Below, in pieces: positions 10,210-21,437 of a stretch of 36,884 nt of DNA. Position 1 is the first letter of the stretch. Every line of letters starts with the position of its first letter. The notes below the pieces were generated by a model. That model worked only from the letters and a program-made list of their open reading frames with translations. It had not been told where the DNA came from and searched no databases. Position numbers and translations under genes: made by a program. Origin of the DNA: Octopus bimaculoides. Lineage: Eukaryota. Location of the stretch: NCBI RefSeq assembly GCF_001194135.2, contig NC_068981.1:132096646-132133529 (forward strand), read 5' to 3'.

Positions 10210-10640
10210 ATTGCTGTGTGGTTAAGAAGTTCACTTTCCAACAATGTGGTGTCAGGTTCAGTCCTACTACATGACAGCAATATTTATTTTCTACTACAGT
10301 ACAGGGCCAACCAAAGCCTTGTGAGTGGATTTTGTATATAGAAGCAGAAAGAAGCCTGTCATTTATTTATATGTCATCATCTTTATCACCATCATGTGAT
10401 GGTTGTTAACAAACATCACCATCATATAAGCAATGTCATTCATTTGCAATCTTCTGTTAAACATGTCTGCCCATTATGCTGTTCATGTTTGAAGGACGAA
10501 AAGAAAAATATCTCCTTAGCTTCAAAACAAGTGACGTGTTTGCAAGCAGGAAGGACATCTGGCAACAGAAAATCTGTCTCAACGAATTTCATCTGTCCCC
10601 TGCAAGCATGAAAAAAAAAAAAAGGATGTTAAAATAACGA
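10210..10640 (+). mobile_element. tRNA-head SINE
   Basis: gctgtgtggttaagaagttcac...ggttcagtcctac...ccaaccaaagccttgtgagtggattt...gcaggaaggacatctggc...gcaagcatgaaaa..ggatgttaaaat. Confidence 0.8.
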
Positions 10641-10654
10641 TCCACATACAAACA

Positions 10655-10691
<37 letters not shown>

Positions 10692-10705
10692 TCTCTCTCT
10701 CAGTA

Positions 10706-10738
<33 letters not shown>
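10655..10738. repeat. (CA)n and (TA)n microsatellites
   Basis: Directly visible. Confidence 0.95.
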
Positions 10739-10741
<3 letters not shown>

Positions 10742-10950
10742 TACCTTCACACCTACATACACACATGCATACGTTAAGATCACCAGCATTCTCTCACGCA
10801 CACGCACCTTCGTTTTGGGATCACTACTTTTTTGTTATCTCCCCTTCTTCTTAACTTTCCTGTGTTATCCTTCTGTCTTGTATTCGCCATGATAGATCGC
10901 TGACCACTACACATATGTTTTTTTTTCTCTCCTTGTTTCTTTTTGTGTTC

Positions 10951-10986
10951 CTTTCTGTTGAAGAGCGTAGGCTCGAAACGTTAAAG
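10951..10986 (+). ncRNA. Minimal type I hammerhead-ribozyme-like motif (core variant CUGUUGA), Penelope pLTR type
   Basis: CTTT-CTGTTGA-A-GAGC(gtag)GCTC-GAAA-CG-T-T-AAAG: 4-bp stem I (CTTT/AAAG), 4-bp stem II, GAAA, palindromic ACGT stem III and a GUU cleavage triplet. Core position A6 is T. Confidence 0.65.
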
Positions 10987-11074
10987 ACTTTCTCTATTCC
11001 CGAGCGTTATACTAATACATCCATTTGTTGTTTACACCACCTGTCTTCATCTGTTGTTTTTTCATGAATTCTCC

Positions 11075-11149
<75 letters not shown>

Positions 11150-11805
11150 TGGTTGCCAGTATGCAAGATGGAAGAACAGCAATTGAAGTTTAAGAAAATA
11201 TTTATTTACCATTACTTTGTATAATGTCTTGCCTTGACAGACAAGTGTGTGTATCATATAAAAACAATAGAGTTATCTTTTCTTGTATGCTGTTGCTGGT
11301 TATGTTTGGTCAACTGCTAGTGGCCCAGCTAGGAATTAGAGGAAGATAGAGTGAATGTTAAATGTAGGGAGTTGATAAAATGATACCTTCATGGTGCCTG
11401 ACACTTAAACAGCAGTGGTGTTGTGATAAGACTCTGTATCATAGCTGACATTTTCACTGGTAAGCCTTCTCTCAGTTGAATTGTCTCACTAACTGGATTT
11501 TGCCTGTGGTCGCCTCTCTGTTATCTTTTTGCCAACCAGGTTCTCATTAACTAACTTTGGCTTACAGAGTTCTAGTTTTTATAACTAGCCAGAAGGATAG
11601 ACATATTGTTGAAAACAATAGATTTCATTGGAGGTCTGTTATCTCCATTCCAGCCCCTGGTGGCCTAGAAGGAGTTAGAAGGGTCAAGTGGCAAAGTCAT
11701 TATTCTGTTTAGCGATGGCAGCTGGCAAATGTAACTGCTGTCACTCACAGAAAAAGTATTATATATAAACACTAATACATCTAAATGTATATACACAATA
11801 TACAG

Positions 11806-12175
11806 GTAAGATATGGCTGTATAGTTAGAAGCTTGCTCCCAACTACATGGCACCTTGGGCATGTGTTTTCTACTTTGGCTAGACTGAAAGAAGCCCAGTC
11901 TGCGTGTGTGTGTGTGTGTGTCTATATATATGCATAAATATATACATATATATATGTATATACATGTGTGTGCGTTTGTGTCTCCTTGTCTTGACAGCAC
12001 ATAATTGTCATAAATGAATGTCATTAATTTTCAATATCCATCAAAACATGTTTGGCCATCCAAAAATATTACCTTGTTTGGTAACAGGTGAGGAGTGGCA
12101 ACAAGAAGGGCGTCTGGCCATAGAAAATCTAACTCGACAAATTCTGTCTCATGCAAGAAAAAGTGATGGTGATAA
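11806..12175 (+). mobile_element. tRNA-head SINE with internal deletions and (TG)/(TA) tract
   Basis: atggctgtatagttagaagcttgctcccaactacatggcaccttgggc...gactgaaagaagccc...aatattaccttgtttggtaacaggtgagg...ggccatagaaaatc. Confidence 0.8.
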
Positions 12176-12178
12176 CAA

Positions 12179-12607
12179 TGCTGTGTAACAAAGTTTTAAT
12201 TTTTTTTTTTTGTCTTTGGTCAGTATGTGTTATTTTCTATATATTTCTGTCGTGAAATCAAAAGAAATGACTTATTCCCTTCAAATTTTGCTTTTGTGAC
12301 CTGGACGTCAATGTTTTGAAACTGACACATTTTCCATTACATTTCAGACAGATTCAGAGCTGAGTTCCTGAAACAGAAATATTGTTATAGCAAATATTCT
12401 GCTCATACCACAGATTTGTCAGTTGCTTGATCTTAACCACTTGAGCATGTCACTCATGTGTCAAGAGGAATTCTTTGGAGTTTGAATAAATGTAACAAAA
12501 GCAAGCAAAATATGAAGGCAATATTAGCCATTTTTCATACTTTCTAGGATCTAAGCAAATAGGAAATAACAGTTGCTACCTAAGGACAAAAATTGTGTTA
12601 CACAGTG
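12179..12607. mobile_element. MITE-like element ending CACAGTG (copy 2 of 3671-4169)
   Basis: Left end ctgtgtaacaaagtttt is the inverse of the right end aaaaattgtgttacacag. The body aligns with copy 1 but lacks about 70 bp of its centre. Confidence 0.72.
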
Positions 12608-13247
12608 TGATGTGTAAATTGGCTAGATTGGCTCTCCCATGATACAACTGTAAAAAATATGTTTAGAGAGAGAGAGAAAAAACACCCTGTCTATTTTGGT
12701 TTATATTGAAGTGTAATTTTAGTATGTTAGTTTAATTTCCCTGCACAGAGTTGACCCCTAGCATGACCAATGCTCTGTAACAAACACGTGTATTTCTAAT
12801 ATCAGAATTAGTGAAAATAACATTGCAGAGGAGGAAATTTATAGAAACAAATGGCATGGTTGACATTATGCTGTAAATCTCTCATTTTCAGGTCCCATAG
12901 AAAAATTAGGTAGATCTAATCCAGCAGCCAAAATGATCTTTGATCATTTTGGCTACTGTCCTCTCATATCTCACTTCATTCTAAACAAAAACTTAGGTAT
13001 ATATCTGAATTGTTTAATTTCTAAAATAACTACAGACAAATATATTATCCTGCACAGTTACTTAGTGATTCTTTCATCAATGCCTGAGCAAATACAGTAG
13101 GTTTTATGCTCAGTAGCTTAGGATTGATCAAAATACACCTGGAGTTATCTCTGATACTCTTTGCATTAAATATGTTAACATTAACAAACCTATCTATGTA
13201 TGAATTGTTTTCAACAACACTAAATGGCTAACTTATCTGAATTTACA

Positions 13248-13415
13248 GCACATAAAAAGCATCCATTACACTCTTGGAGTGGTTGGTGTTAGGAAGGGCA
13301 TCAAGCCGTAGAAACCATGCCAAATCAGACTGGAACCTGGTGCAGCTTTCTGGCTTACCAGTTCCAGTCAAAGCGTCTAACCCATGCCAGCATGGAAAGT
13401 GAATGTTAAATGATG
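13248..13415 (+). mobile_element. SINE 3' part (family of 5902-6415)
   Basis: aaaaagcatccattacactcttggagtggttggtgttaggaagggcatc...aacccatgccagcatggaaagtgaatgttaaatgatg. Confidence 0.85.
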
Positions 13416-14703
13416 GCGAAGGTTCTCAAGTAAACTGAATTATTTTTTCTATGCAAACATTCATTTATTATGAAAACATTTATAGAAAAGATTAAATGCC
13501 TGAGATAAAATTGTTATCAATACAATTAGATTCTTTCAGGTTGTTAACCTCACTGACATCAGGTACCTTACTCCTTGATTTGTAAGTAGTACCACACAGG
13601 ACTTAAAATAGGCACAACTTGTTTTAAATTAATACTCATACTCTTACCCTTTTTTATGATTTGAGTACATCATGTTCCTATGTATATATCCAGAAATAAG
13701 ACAATGATGATGATGATAGAGAATACTGATCAAAATGTTTGTAAATATTAAAACAGGTTTCATTTTTGTTAGATAGGTTATCTAAAAAAAAAAAAATTAA
13801 TAATCATATGAAAACGGAAAGTTGATGAAATTGAAGCATTGGCAATGTCTCACAAATCTACTTGTAGAAGATGATCCTAAAAGAGTTTGTAGCCAGAATG
13901 TAAAGGGATGAAATGAAATACAAGACATTTAACCTGACCCCATCATTTCTGCTACTCTACTGCCTAAACAGTTGAAAATTTGTAAAAGTATATATTGTTG
14001 GAGCAACTTTAATCTTTGAACAATGCAAATAATTTTTTCCCAAACACTACTTCTCATATTTAAGGCAAGCTGAGTTTCCTTTATGCTTTGCTTGGTCCAT
14101 GGCACACTAACTACAGTAAGTGTACCATGGACCAATGTTTTTTTTACTCTATTAGCCGTGATTTGCAGGATACAAGAAAAATAGTGTCAAAGGAATGAAC
14201 TGGTGTTATTTGACATTTAGTTTTCATAAATTCACTTAGTATCCTGTTAGTCTGTATCCTACTCACTTTAATCCTTTCAACTTCATTCCTCTCTCTCATA
14301 TCAAGTTGTCTTTTGTAAAACCACTGACCTGTAACAATTCAAAATGCACTATAATCTTTAAATCCTTTTTCTATCAAGTTCTGTAAAAAATGTGCAAATG
14401 GTATCATTATCACCATTTTACATACTCCTATGCTATGCAGACATGAGTTGGATGGTTTGACATGACTCAATGTATCAGCTAACTGTGTTGTACTCCAATG
14501 TCATTTGCATGTATATATTAGAGAAAGGGGCAGTGCTATGATTTTCGTGGGCCCTCCTAGACTAGTGAGTTTATGTCCAATTTGAACATCTTCAACATTC
14601 ACAGGAAAAATTTGGGCAGGTGAGGATTCCAGATAATTGTAGTTTTGGAGGATGGAAAGATCAGCCATAATAGTTAATGTAGGGCTGTATGGATAACAGG
14701 AGA

Positions 14704-14738
<35 letters not shown>

Positions 14739-15042
14739 CTGAATGGAGGTGACATGAAACTATGTAGCACAAAGAAGCAGAGGTCATTGTAGTAGTAATA
14801 GGCAGTCAAAAGACAGTATATCTGTAGGCAAAAGGTTGTAATAAGTTTAATGTATGATTGTGTTAAGCCTTTCTATGAATATCTTTTTTCAGTTTTTATG
14901 ACTGACAAAATAGCTTCCACTCTTACAATCACAGATGAATATTAAAACTTCATTGTAAATAATTATGCAGCAAGAAAAATACAGCATTAACTCATAGATT
15001 AATATTTTAAACATTTCAGAAACTACAAGAGATAATAGCTTG

Positions 15043-15116
15043 ATGCAGCTCACTGATTCCCTGTCAAACTATCCAACCCATGCCAGCATGCAAAACAGAA
15101 ATTCAGTGATGATGAT
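15043..15116 (+). mobile_element. SINE tail fragment
   Basis: ctgtcaaactatccaacccatgccagcatgcaaaacag...gatgatgat. Confidence 0.65.
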
Positions 15117-15268
15117 ACATACATTCATATATACTTACACATGCACATATATACATGCGTATACCTGTATGCTTGAATATGCAGATACAGCCCTATATGT
15201 GTAAAAGTTAGTAAGTGCTATAAGTTCTTGATCCTCTCGTCAAATGAACACTTTGTAATGAGCTAAAG

Positions 15269-15565
15269 CAGGGGTTTTCAAACTTTTTGACTTGCGGACC
15301 CCTTTATATTTCAGGCTTTACCTTAGGGACCCCCTTATAAATGCTTATGAAATTTATACATAAATATTTGCTTAAAATAACATATATTTTTACATTTGTT
15401 TATTTAACAGTATTTAACAAATAGGTTTATTATCAATTAAAAGATTTCGATTAAAAACCATATATAAAATCAAATTGCCCATAAAAAGTATTTGCTGTTC
15501 ATGGACCCCCTGTCTTGTCCTTGCAGACCCCCTGTGGTCCATGGATCACAGTTTGAAAACCACTG
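15269..15565. mobile_element. Non-autonomous hAT MITE, 297 bp
   Basis: 16-bp TIRs CAGGGGTTTTCAAACT / AGTTTGAAAACCACTG (15/16). Exact 8-bp TSD AGCTAAAG at 15261-15268 and 15566-15573. Confidence 0.92.
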
Positions 15566-16059
15566 AGCTAAAGAGAGAGATAGACAGCTTATCATAGGGA
15601 ATATTTAGGATTATAAGGGTGTGATGTCATACAACTTTCAATCAATAAATTATATCAATGCTACTACTAAAAAACAAAAGAAAATAAGTTGAAAATAAAA
15701 GTTACAAGCATCATAAATATTTGTAAAAACAAAATGCATCTTTAAACACTTGTTAAAAAAACAATTGTACTTCAAAATATTCCAGTGCAGGCACTGAACA
15801 GTTCTTGTTTCAAAATAGTTCATAATGTTCTACACTTGTTTCCCATTTATGTTATAATTTTATGTGATTATCTTATGCTTATGTTCACCATTTCATGTTA
15901 TAATTTATATGTGATACACCAACAGGTGTATTAATGTATTTATACAATTTTGAGTACTTACATATAGTTGCTTTTACATGTACTGAATTTTTATTATAAG
16001 GAGGATAATTTAGAATTCCCAAGATCTTTTGTTATTATAGTTTTGTTTTCTTCTTACAG

Positions 16060-17427
16060 GTTATTGATTCTGTTGAATTGTGCACTGAATACCTTGTCAA
16101 GTCAATTAATTTGGATAGCTGTGTTGATGTCCTCATCCTTGCTGATCTTTATTCACTTGTAAATGCTCAAGAAAAATCTCGTGACTTCATCCGTGAAAAC
16201 TTTGAACGCATTGTTACTTCAGAAAAATATTACCAATTGACACATACTCAACTAGCATTTTTACTTGCTGGAGACAACTTAAGGGTCACTTCAGAATACC
16301 AATTGGTCATGTTTGTACTTGAATGGGTCAAATGGGATGATCAGGTGCGCAAACAGTATTTACCACAACTGCTTGAAAATATACGCTTGCCTCTTTTACG
16401 TGTAGATGAACTTGATAAATTAGCTCGTTTGCATATCATGAGGAATAATCCAGGATGTAATCGGCTTTTCCGTGAAGCTCAAGAATATAATCGTAACATT
16501 TTTAAACAGCCTATGTATCAGACTAAACGCACTCAGGTTCGGTCAGAGAAAGTTAGTCTTGTTCTTTGCCATGGCGAATCTCCTAAAAGTTATACTTTTA
16601 AGACAGAGAAGTTCACAACTTTGCGAAATCCTTTAATTCCTATGTATAACCCCGGTGTCATTGTTGTTGATAATTTTATGTATGTCTGTGGCGGCACTTG
16701 CAACAACGATCATAATTTTAATGCTTCACCCCGTTGCTTCCGCTTTGACCCTCGATTTGACACCTGGACTGAATTCACTTCATTATTAGAGGCTCGAAAG
16801 GATTTTGTAATGGTTACTGTAAATAAAACGTTGTATGCCATTGGTGGAAAAGATAAGAACAATATCTCTTCTACTATGGAGAGCTATACAGTAGAATCAA
16901 ACCAGTGGAGTTGGAGAGCTCCAATCAACATTGCTGTTTATGGACATGCTGGAGACGTTTGTAAAGGAAAGATCTATGTATGTGGAGGACAAACCACAAC
17001 AGGCTGTGTTAACAACTTTCTCCGCTATGATCCCTCTACTAATACGTGGGAAGATCGTTCACGCATGTTGAGACCTCGTTGCAACCATATTTTGGCATGT
17101 GTTAAAGAGAAGTTTTATGCAATTGGAGGTAATGTAGAGGATAGTCATGGATTGGCCAGTCCAATTGATCTTATTGAATCTTATAACCCTAACACTGACC
17201 AGTGGACTACAATGGAAGTTACTGTTAGTATTCGAAAAGCAGGTGCTTTTGTACGTGATGATAAAATCTATATTACAGGTGGACTGAAAGAGCAGAGGCT
17301 TTTAGAAATCATTCAAGAGTATGATCCTGTAAAGAACACGTTAAAAACTTCCCACACCTTTCCATTTGTCATTCTTGGCAGGGCATGTTGTTTGCTCACG
17401 TTAAACAGATGTGAGCCTTTCCGATAA
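16060..17427 (+). CDS. Kelch-like (KLHL-family) protein, terminal exon: end of BTB, BACK domain, Kelch beta-propeller (resembles the KLHL9/13/26/36 group; orthology not established)
   Basis: Acceptor ttttgttttcttcttacAG at 16058-16059. The phase-0 join gives HLQ|VIDSVELCTEYL, continuing the conserved BTB end. BACK motifs (VLEWVKWD, LLENIRLPLL) are present, with five canonical Kelch GG motifs (YVCGG, YAIGG, YVCGG, YAIGG, YITGG) followed by Y/F..W, plus one degenerate blade. Stop TAA 17425-17427. Spliced product is 563 aa from Met2123. Confidence 0.96.
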   Translation, partial: VIDSVELCTEYLVKSINLDSCVDVLILADLYSLVNAQEKSRDFIRENFERIVTSEKYYQLTHTQLAFLLAGDNLRVTSEYQLVMFVLEWVKWDDQVRKQYLPQLLENIRLPLLRVDELDKLARLHIMRNNPGCNRLFREAQEYNRNIFKQPMYQTKRTQVRSEKVSLVLCHGESPKSYTFKTEKFTTLRNPLIPMYNPGVIVVDNFMYVCGGTCNNDHNFNASPRCFRFDPRFDTWTEFTSLLEARKDFVMVTVNKTLYAIGGKDKNNISSTMESYTVESNQWSWRAPINIAVYGHAGDVCKGKIYVCGGQTTTGCVNNFLRYDPSTNTWEDRSRMLRPRCNHILACVKEKFYAIGGNVEDSHGLASPIDLIESYNPNTDQWTTMEVTVSIRKAGAFVRDDKIYITGGLKEQRLLEIIQEYDPVKNTLKTSHTFPFVILGRACCLLTLNRCEPFR

Positions 17428-20096
17428 TGCTGCATTCCCAATAAGACTCCTTAGTATCTCGATATATATTCTTTCATAGTTTGCAAGGAAGAGAGCAACA
17501 TTTGATTGTGTGATTGAATTGTATTTAAGTGCTGTGGAAGGGGTTTAAGTGAAGGAAGAAAAAAATCATCGGTGATTGGATAAAGGTTTTTAAGTTTTCA
17601 TTATTAGTTTATAAATGAGGATCAGAAATGTGTTGTGTGTACATATGTGTGTTTGTTGTTTGTCTGTCTATGTGTTGATCCATGGCAGAATGAAATATCG
17701 TTATGATTCATTTGCAGTATGATGGCCTTTGGTACCACCAGAAATTATGACTGTGCAAACTATTTAGCCAAAGATGTAAAGATAAGAAAACAGAAAATTG
17801 AAAATTATTTCTATACTAAGCAGCTTATTTTAATTTTTATCCTTTAATACCAAGACAATATAATTTTTAAATTCTACCGCGTGGACATAGCTTTAGGTTG
17901 GATTGGTGTAAAATCATCAGCAATGAACTTTTCACAACTTTACTGTATTAAATTTTAACCCCTCATTTACAAAAGAAATTAACTGCCATTATTATGTTAG
18001 TGAAAAGTCTTATTCTTTGTAGTATGATATGACAGTATCATTTGTTATTTGTGTGGCTTTAATTAGGTATATATCATATCTCAGAGTTTTGATGACCCTA
18101 TTAACTTGTGCATGCTTTGCTTCCTTTTGCCATGTTTGGATGTTCACAATCTGTAGCAATGTCTTTTGTGTTTTAAAAGTCAGTAAGGATAAGTATTTAT
18201 CCTGTGATCTGGTGCAATAAATAGTCACTTGCTGACCATAAATAATAATAGGTAACCATTAATGGGTTATCAGTCTTAAAGAGAATGGAAAAATGGAGGT
18301 TGTGACATCCTTACCTTTAGTATTAAAAGGCACTGATGGCATGAGTGAAGTGAAATAGCTACATTTGGTCTCAAAACCAGGTCACAATCAGTTTACAACA
18401 GAAATACATCCTGTATATTACTCATCTACAATTTAATTATAAGTTTCTGTATCAATACAAGGCACAAGATTTACAGGAGCAGGAAACAAGAGTGTGCAAA
18501 AGAGTATTGCAGGCATTAGGATAGTGAAAGGCTGCAACTGCAACCAAGAATTAAAACTGGGCTGTCATTGATTTGGCTCACCACTACTCTGTGACTATAC
18601 AACATTCATGTTTTTCCTAAGAGCATTAGTAACACAAATGAAGAGAAATCAAGATCCCCACCCCAATTATTGTCATCTTTATATCCTATGACAACTTTCT
18701 AAATAACTATTTATGCTTTGTTCCTCTTACTATCAAACCGTTATCTAATTCAGCTAATTGCAATTAAAGATATCTATTAATGGGTGATAAGTTTAGTGAC
18801 TTTAGATAGGACAAGAATGAGCATTGTTATTATTTCCCCCCCAAAAGCATTATTAACATGAGTGAAATGGTTTTACATAGAACTAAAATTGGACCCAATT
18901 AGCTGATACTTTACCAGCACCCTATAATACTTGCTGTTCCTTATTAAAATTTGAAAAATAAAGAAAGCTAAGATGCTAGCAACAAAGAAGGAGCATGATG
19001 CAAGTTAATTTCATTAGACTATTAAATTCAGCTACTTCTACAGCTTTGCAGGGTCCTTATTATTTTCAGGCAAACTACTGCAAGCTGCAGCAGATACAAA
19101 TTAAAATGAATAGTTTTAGGTATTTGTTGAAGATTTTCACTTTTCAACTTTTTACTCCTATATATAATGCATCTAACTTCAGCAGTTTAATGGGTTATTT
19201 GTAAATTTTATCATAAATATTATTCCAAACGATCATACCAAGCTGCACAAGGATTTTCCAACAAGCTAAATGTTATGCAAGCCCGTACCAATGTGTAAAG
19301 TCTTAAGTCAAAGAACATAACAGACTGTGCCTCCTCCTAGGAAATTAATATATCTATATTTCATGTGAGGGAAAATAAAAAACATTAATCAAGTAATACA
19401 TTGTATACAAAAATTAGATCTATTTTGAATTTAATAAATGCTATCATCATCATCACATCATCATTATTATTTTAATGAAAATAATTTTTTCTTCTTTAAC
19501 TCTTAGAAAGATCACTTGTGAAAAATCATTTAAAATCGTTCCCTTTTATGTGGTTTGTTTGTCACATTCAAGGAGGAAACGTTTCATATGACTGATTGAC
19601 ATTTCTCACAAATTTTCTGTTGTTTCATTTTAACCTCCCTTCCCTTGCTCTTATGAAACTAAAGATTTTTATCTTTTCATTAGAATCTATTTTAGCATTT
19701 ACAAATTAAGTTTATACTGGAAGATGCAACATATTCCTTTCTCTGTAACTTTTGAATTGCTTCACTATTTTTTACTTATTTCTTCCACCTCCATATTGGC
19801 AGCTAAACCCTGCATTATTAAGCCAATTAACAACGAAATCTTTTAACTGTGGAAGATGTCTTCCAGATTTTTCATAGATATGCCAAACTTGTTTTATCTC
19901 TCTTCATATACAGCTGTGCAATGCTGAAATTTCATGGAATCTGTAAATTTAGAAAGAATTAAATATATGTTGTATTTTAACATTTTTCTCTGCCCTAATG
20001 GATGTTGGTTAAAAATATTTTAAAGTCCAATGATATGTTGAATGACATATTTAACAAACCTTGTGATCCTGTAACAATATTGTGTTAATACACAAG

Positions 20097-20137
<41 letters not shown>

Positions 20138-20817
20138 TACATACACAAGAAATAAACAAAGTTTTATTTAAATTTTAAAGTAAATACACTTAACCGGTTT
20201 CATATTTGTATGACTGTCAAAAGTGTACATTATGAGGAATGTGGAGATGTATCACAAACTATTGTTTCTCAGAAACAATAAAGTTTGCAAAAACTCCACA
20301 TTCTTCATAATGTACACTTGATAATTATGTAAATATGAAACCAGTTAAGTGCATTTATTTTAATNNNNNNNNNNNNNNNNNNNNNNNNNNNNNNNNNNNN
20401 NNNNNNNNNNNNNNNNNNNNNNNNNNNNNNNNNNNNNNNNNNNNNNNNNNNNNNNNNNNNNNNNNNNNNNNNNNNNNNNNNNNNNNNNNNNNNNNNNNNN
20501 NNNNNNNNNNNNNNNNNNNNNNNNNNNNNNNNNNNNNNNNNNNNNNNNNNNNNNNNNNNNNNNNNNNNNNNNNNNNNNNNNNNNNNNNNNNNNNNNNNNN
20601 NNNNNNNNNNNNNNTGAGTTTACTTTGTTGTTGTAGAATCCTGAATAATCAGTTAAGACATTTACCTAGTAGTGGATGTCTGAATATGGGAGGAGACTTA
20701 CTAGAAAATTATATGGAAATTCTGCATTTTATTCATTAGTATTAAGACAAAACTAAATATTTTTCTTAGTAACTTGAGATAAAAGCTACTTTAAATGTAC
20801 TTAAAAATCTAACTTAC

Positions 20818-21022
20818 CACCATCATCATTATTGTTTTAACATCCACTTTTTCATGATACCCTTTCCTTCACTAATACTCACCAGTTTCCAAGTAAAGTT
20901 ATATTTCCTCTTTGTCCTTCAAACACAAACAACACACTGACTGAACATGCAAACAAATGACATCATATCTGTGACAGTGACATTCGTTTACAATCAATAC
21001 ACAATCTCAAGACAAAGAGATG
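20818..21022 (-). mobile_element. SINE 3' part, antisense, internally deleted
   Basis: catcatcattattgttttaacatccacttttc...ccagtttccaagtaaag...gtgacagtgacattcgtttacaatc...tcaagacaaagaga, as in 9487-9902. Confidence 0.7.
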
Positions 21023-21084
21023 CCTGTACACACTTTCTTCAATACCATAATTCAGTCAAGGGATCTTGTCTTGTGATTACTTAG

Positions 21085-21272
21085 TGTCCTCACTAGTGCT
21101 GGTATCATGAAAAAAAAAAAGCATCCAGTATACTGTAAAGTGGTTGGCATTAGAAAGGACATCCAGCCATAGAAACCATGCCAAAGATAACACTGGAGCT
21201 TAGTGCAATCTTCTGACTCATCAGTTCCTGTCGAACTCATGCCAGTATGGAAAAAAAGGACATAAAATTATG
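21085..21272 (+). mobile_element. SINE 3' part (family of 5902-6415)
   Basis: aaaagcatccagtatactgtaaagtggttggcattagaaaggacatccagccatagaaaccatgcc...catgccagtatggaaaa. Confidence 0.75.
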
Positions 21273-21294
21273 ACATATATATACATAGTGTGTT

Positions 21295-21437
21295 TTTTCT
21301 TTCACTTTCCTGCTACCAAATCAACTCACAAAGCTTTGGTCAATTTGGGATTATAGTAGAAAGCACTTGCACAGTAGGACAACCTAGAACCACCATGGTT
21401 GAGAAGCAAACTTCTGAACCACAGTTATGCTTGAGCC
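21295..21437 (-). mobile_element. tRNA-head SINE 5' part, antisense
   Basis: ctaccaaatcaactcacaaagctttggtc...tatagtagaaagcacttgc...ccatggttgagaagcaaacttct..accacag. Confidence 0.7.

Larger units (their letters stand above)
2447..16059 (+). other. 13.6-kb GT-AG phase-0 intron of the KLHL gene
   Basis: GT at 2447-2448 and AG at 16058-16059. The protein is continuous across the junction, so no intermediate coding exon is needed. Confidence 0.88.

Noticed and set aside
9819-10341. Long ORF-track entries spanning N gaps and (TA)n (also 1478-1900, 20335-20739, 24521-24851)
   Set aside because: Artefacts of translating Ns and YI/IY dinucleotide repeats.
15968-16162. Alternative ORF overlapping the start of the Kelch exon
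   Set aside because: It begins in intronic AT-rich sequence and is out of frame with the conserved protein; the splice model explains the region.
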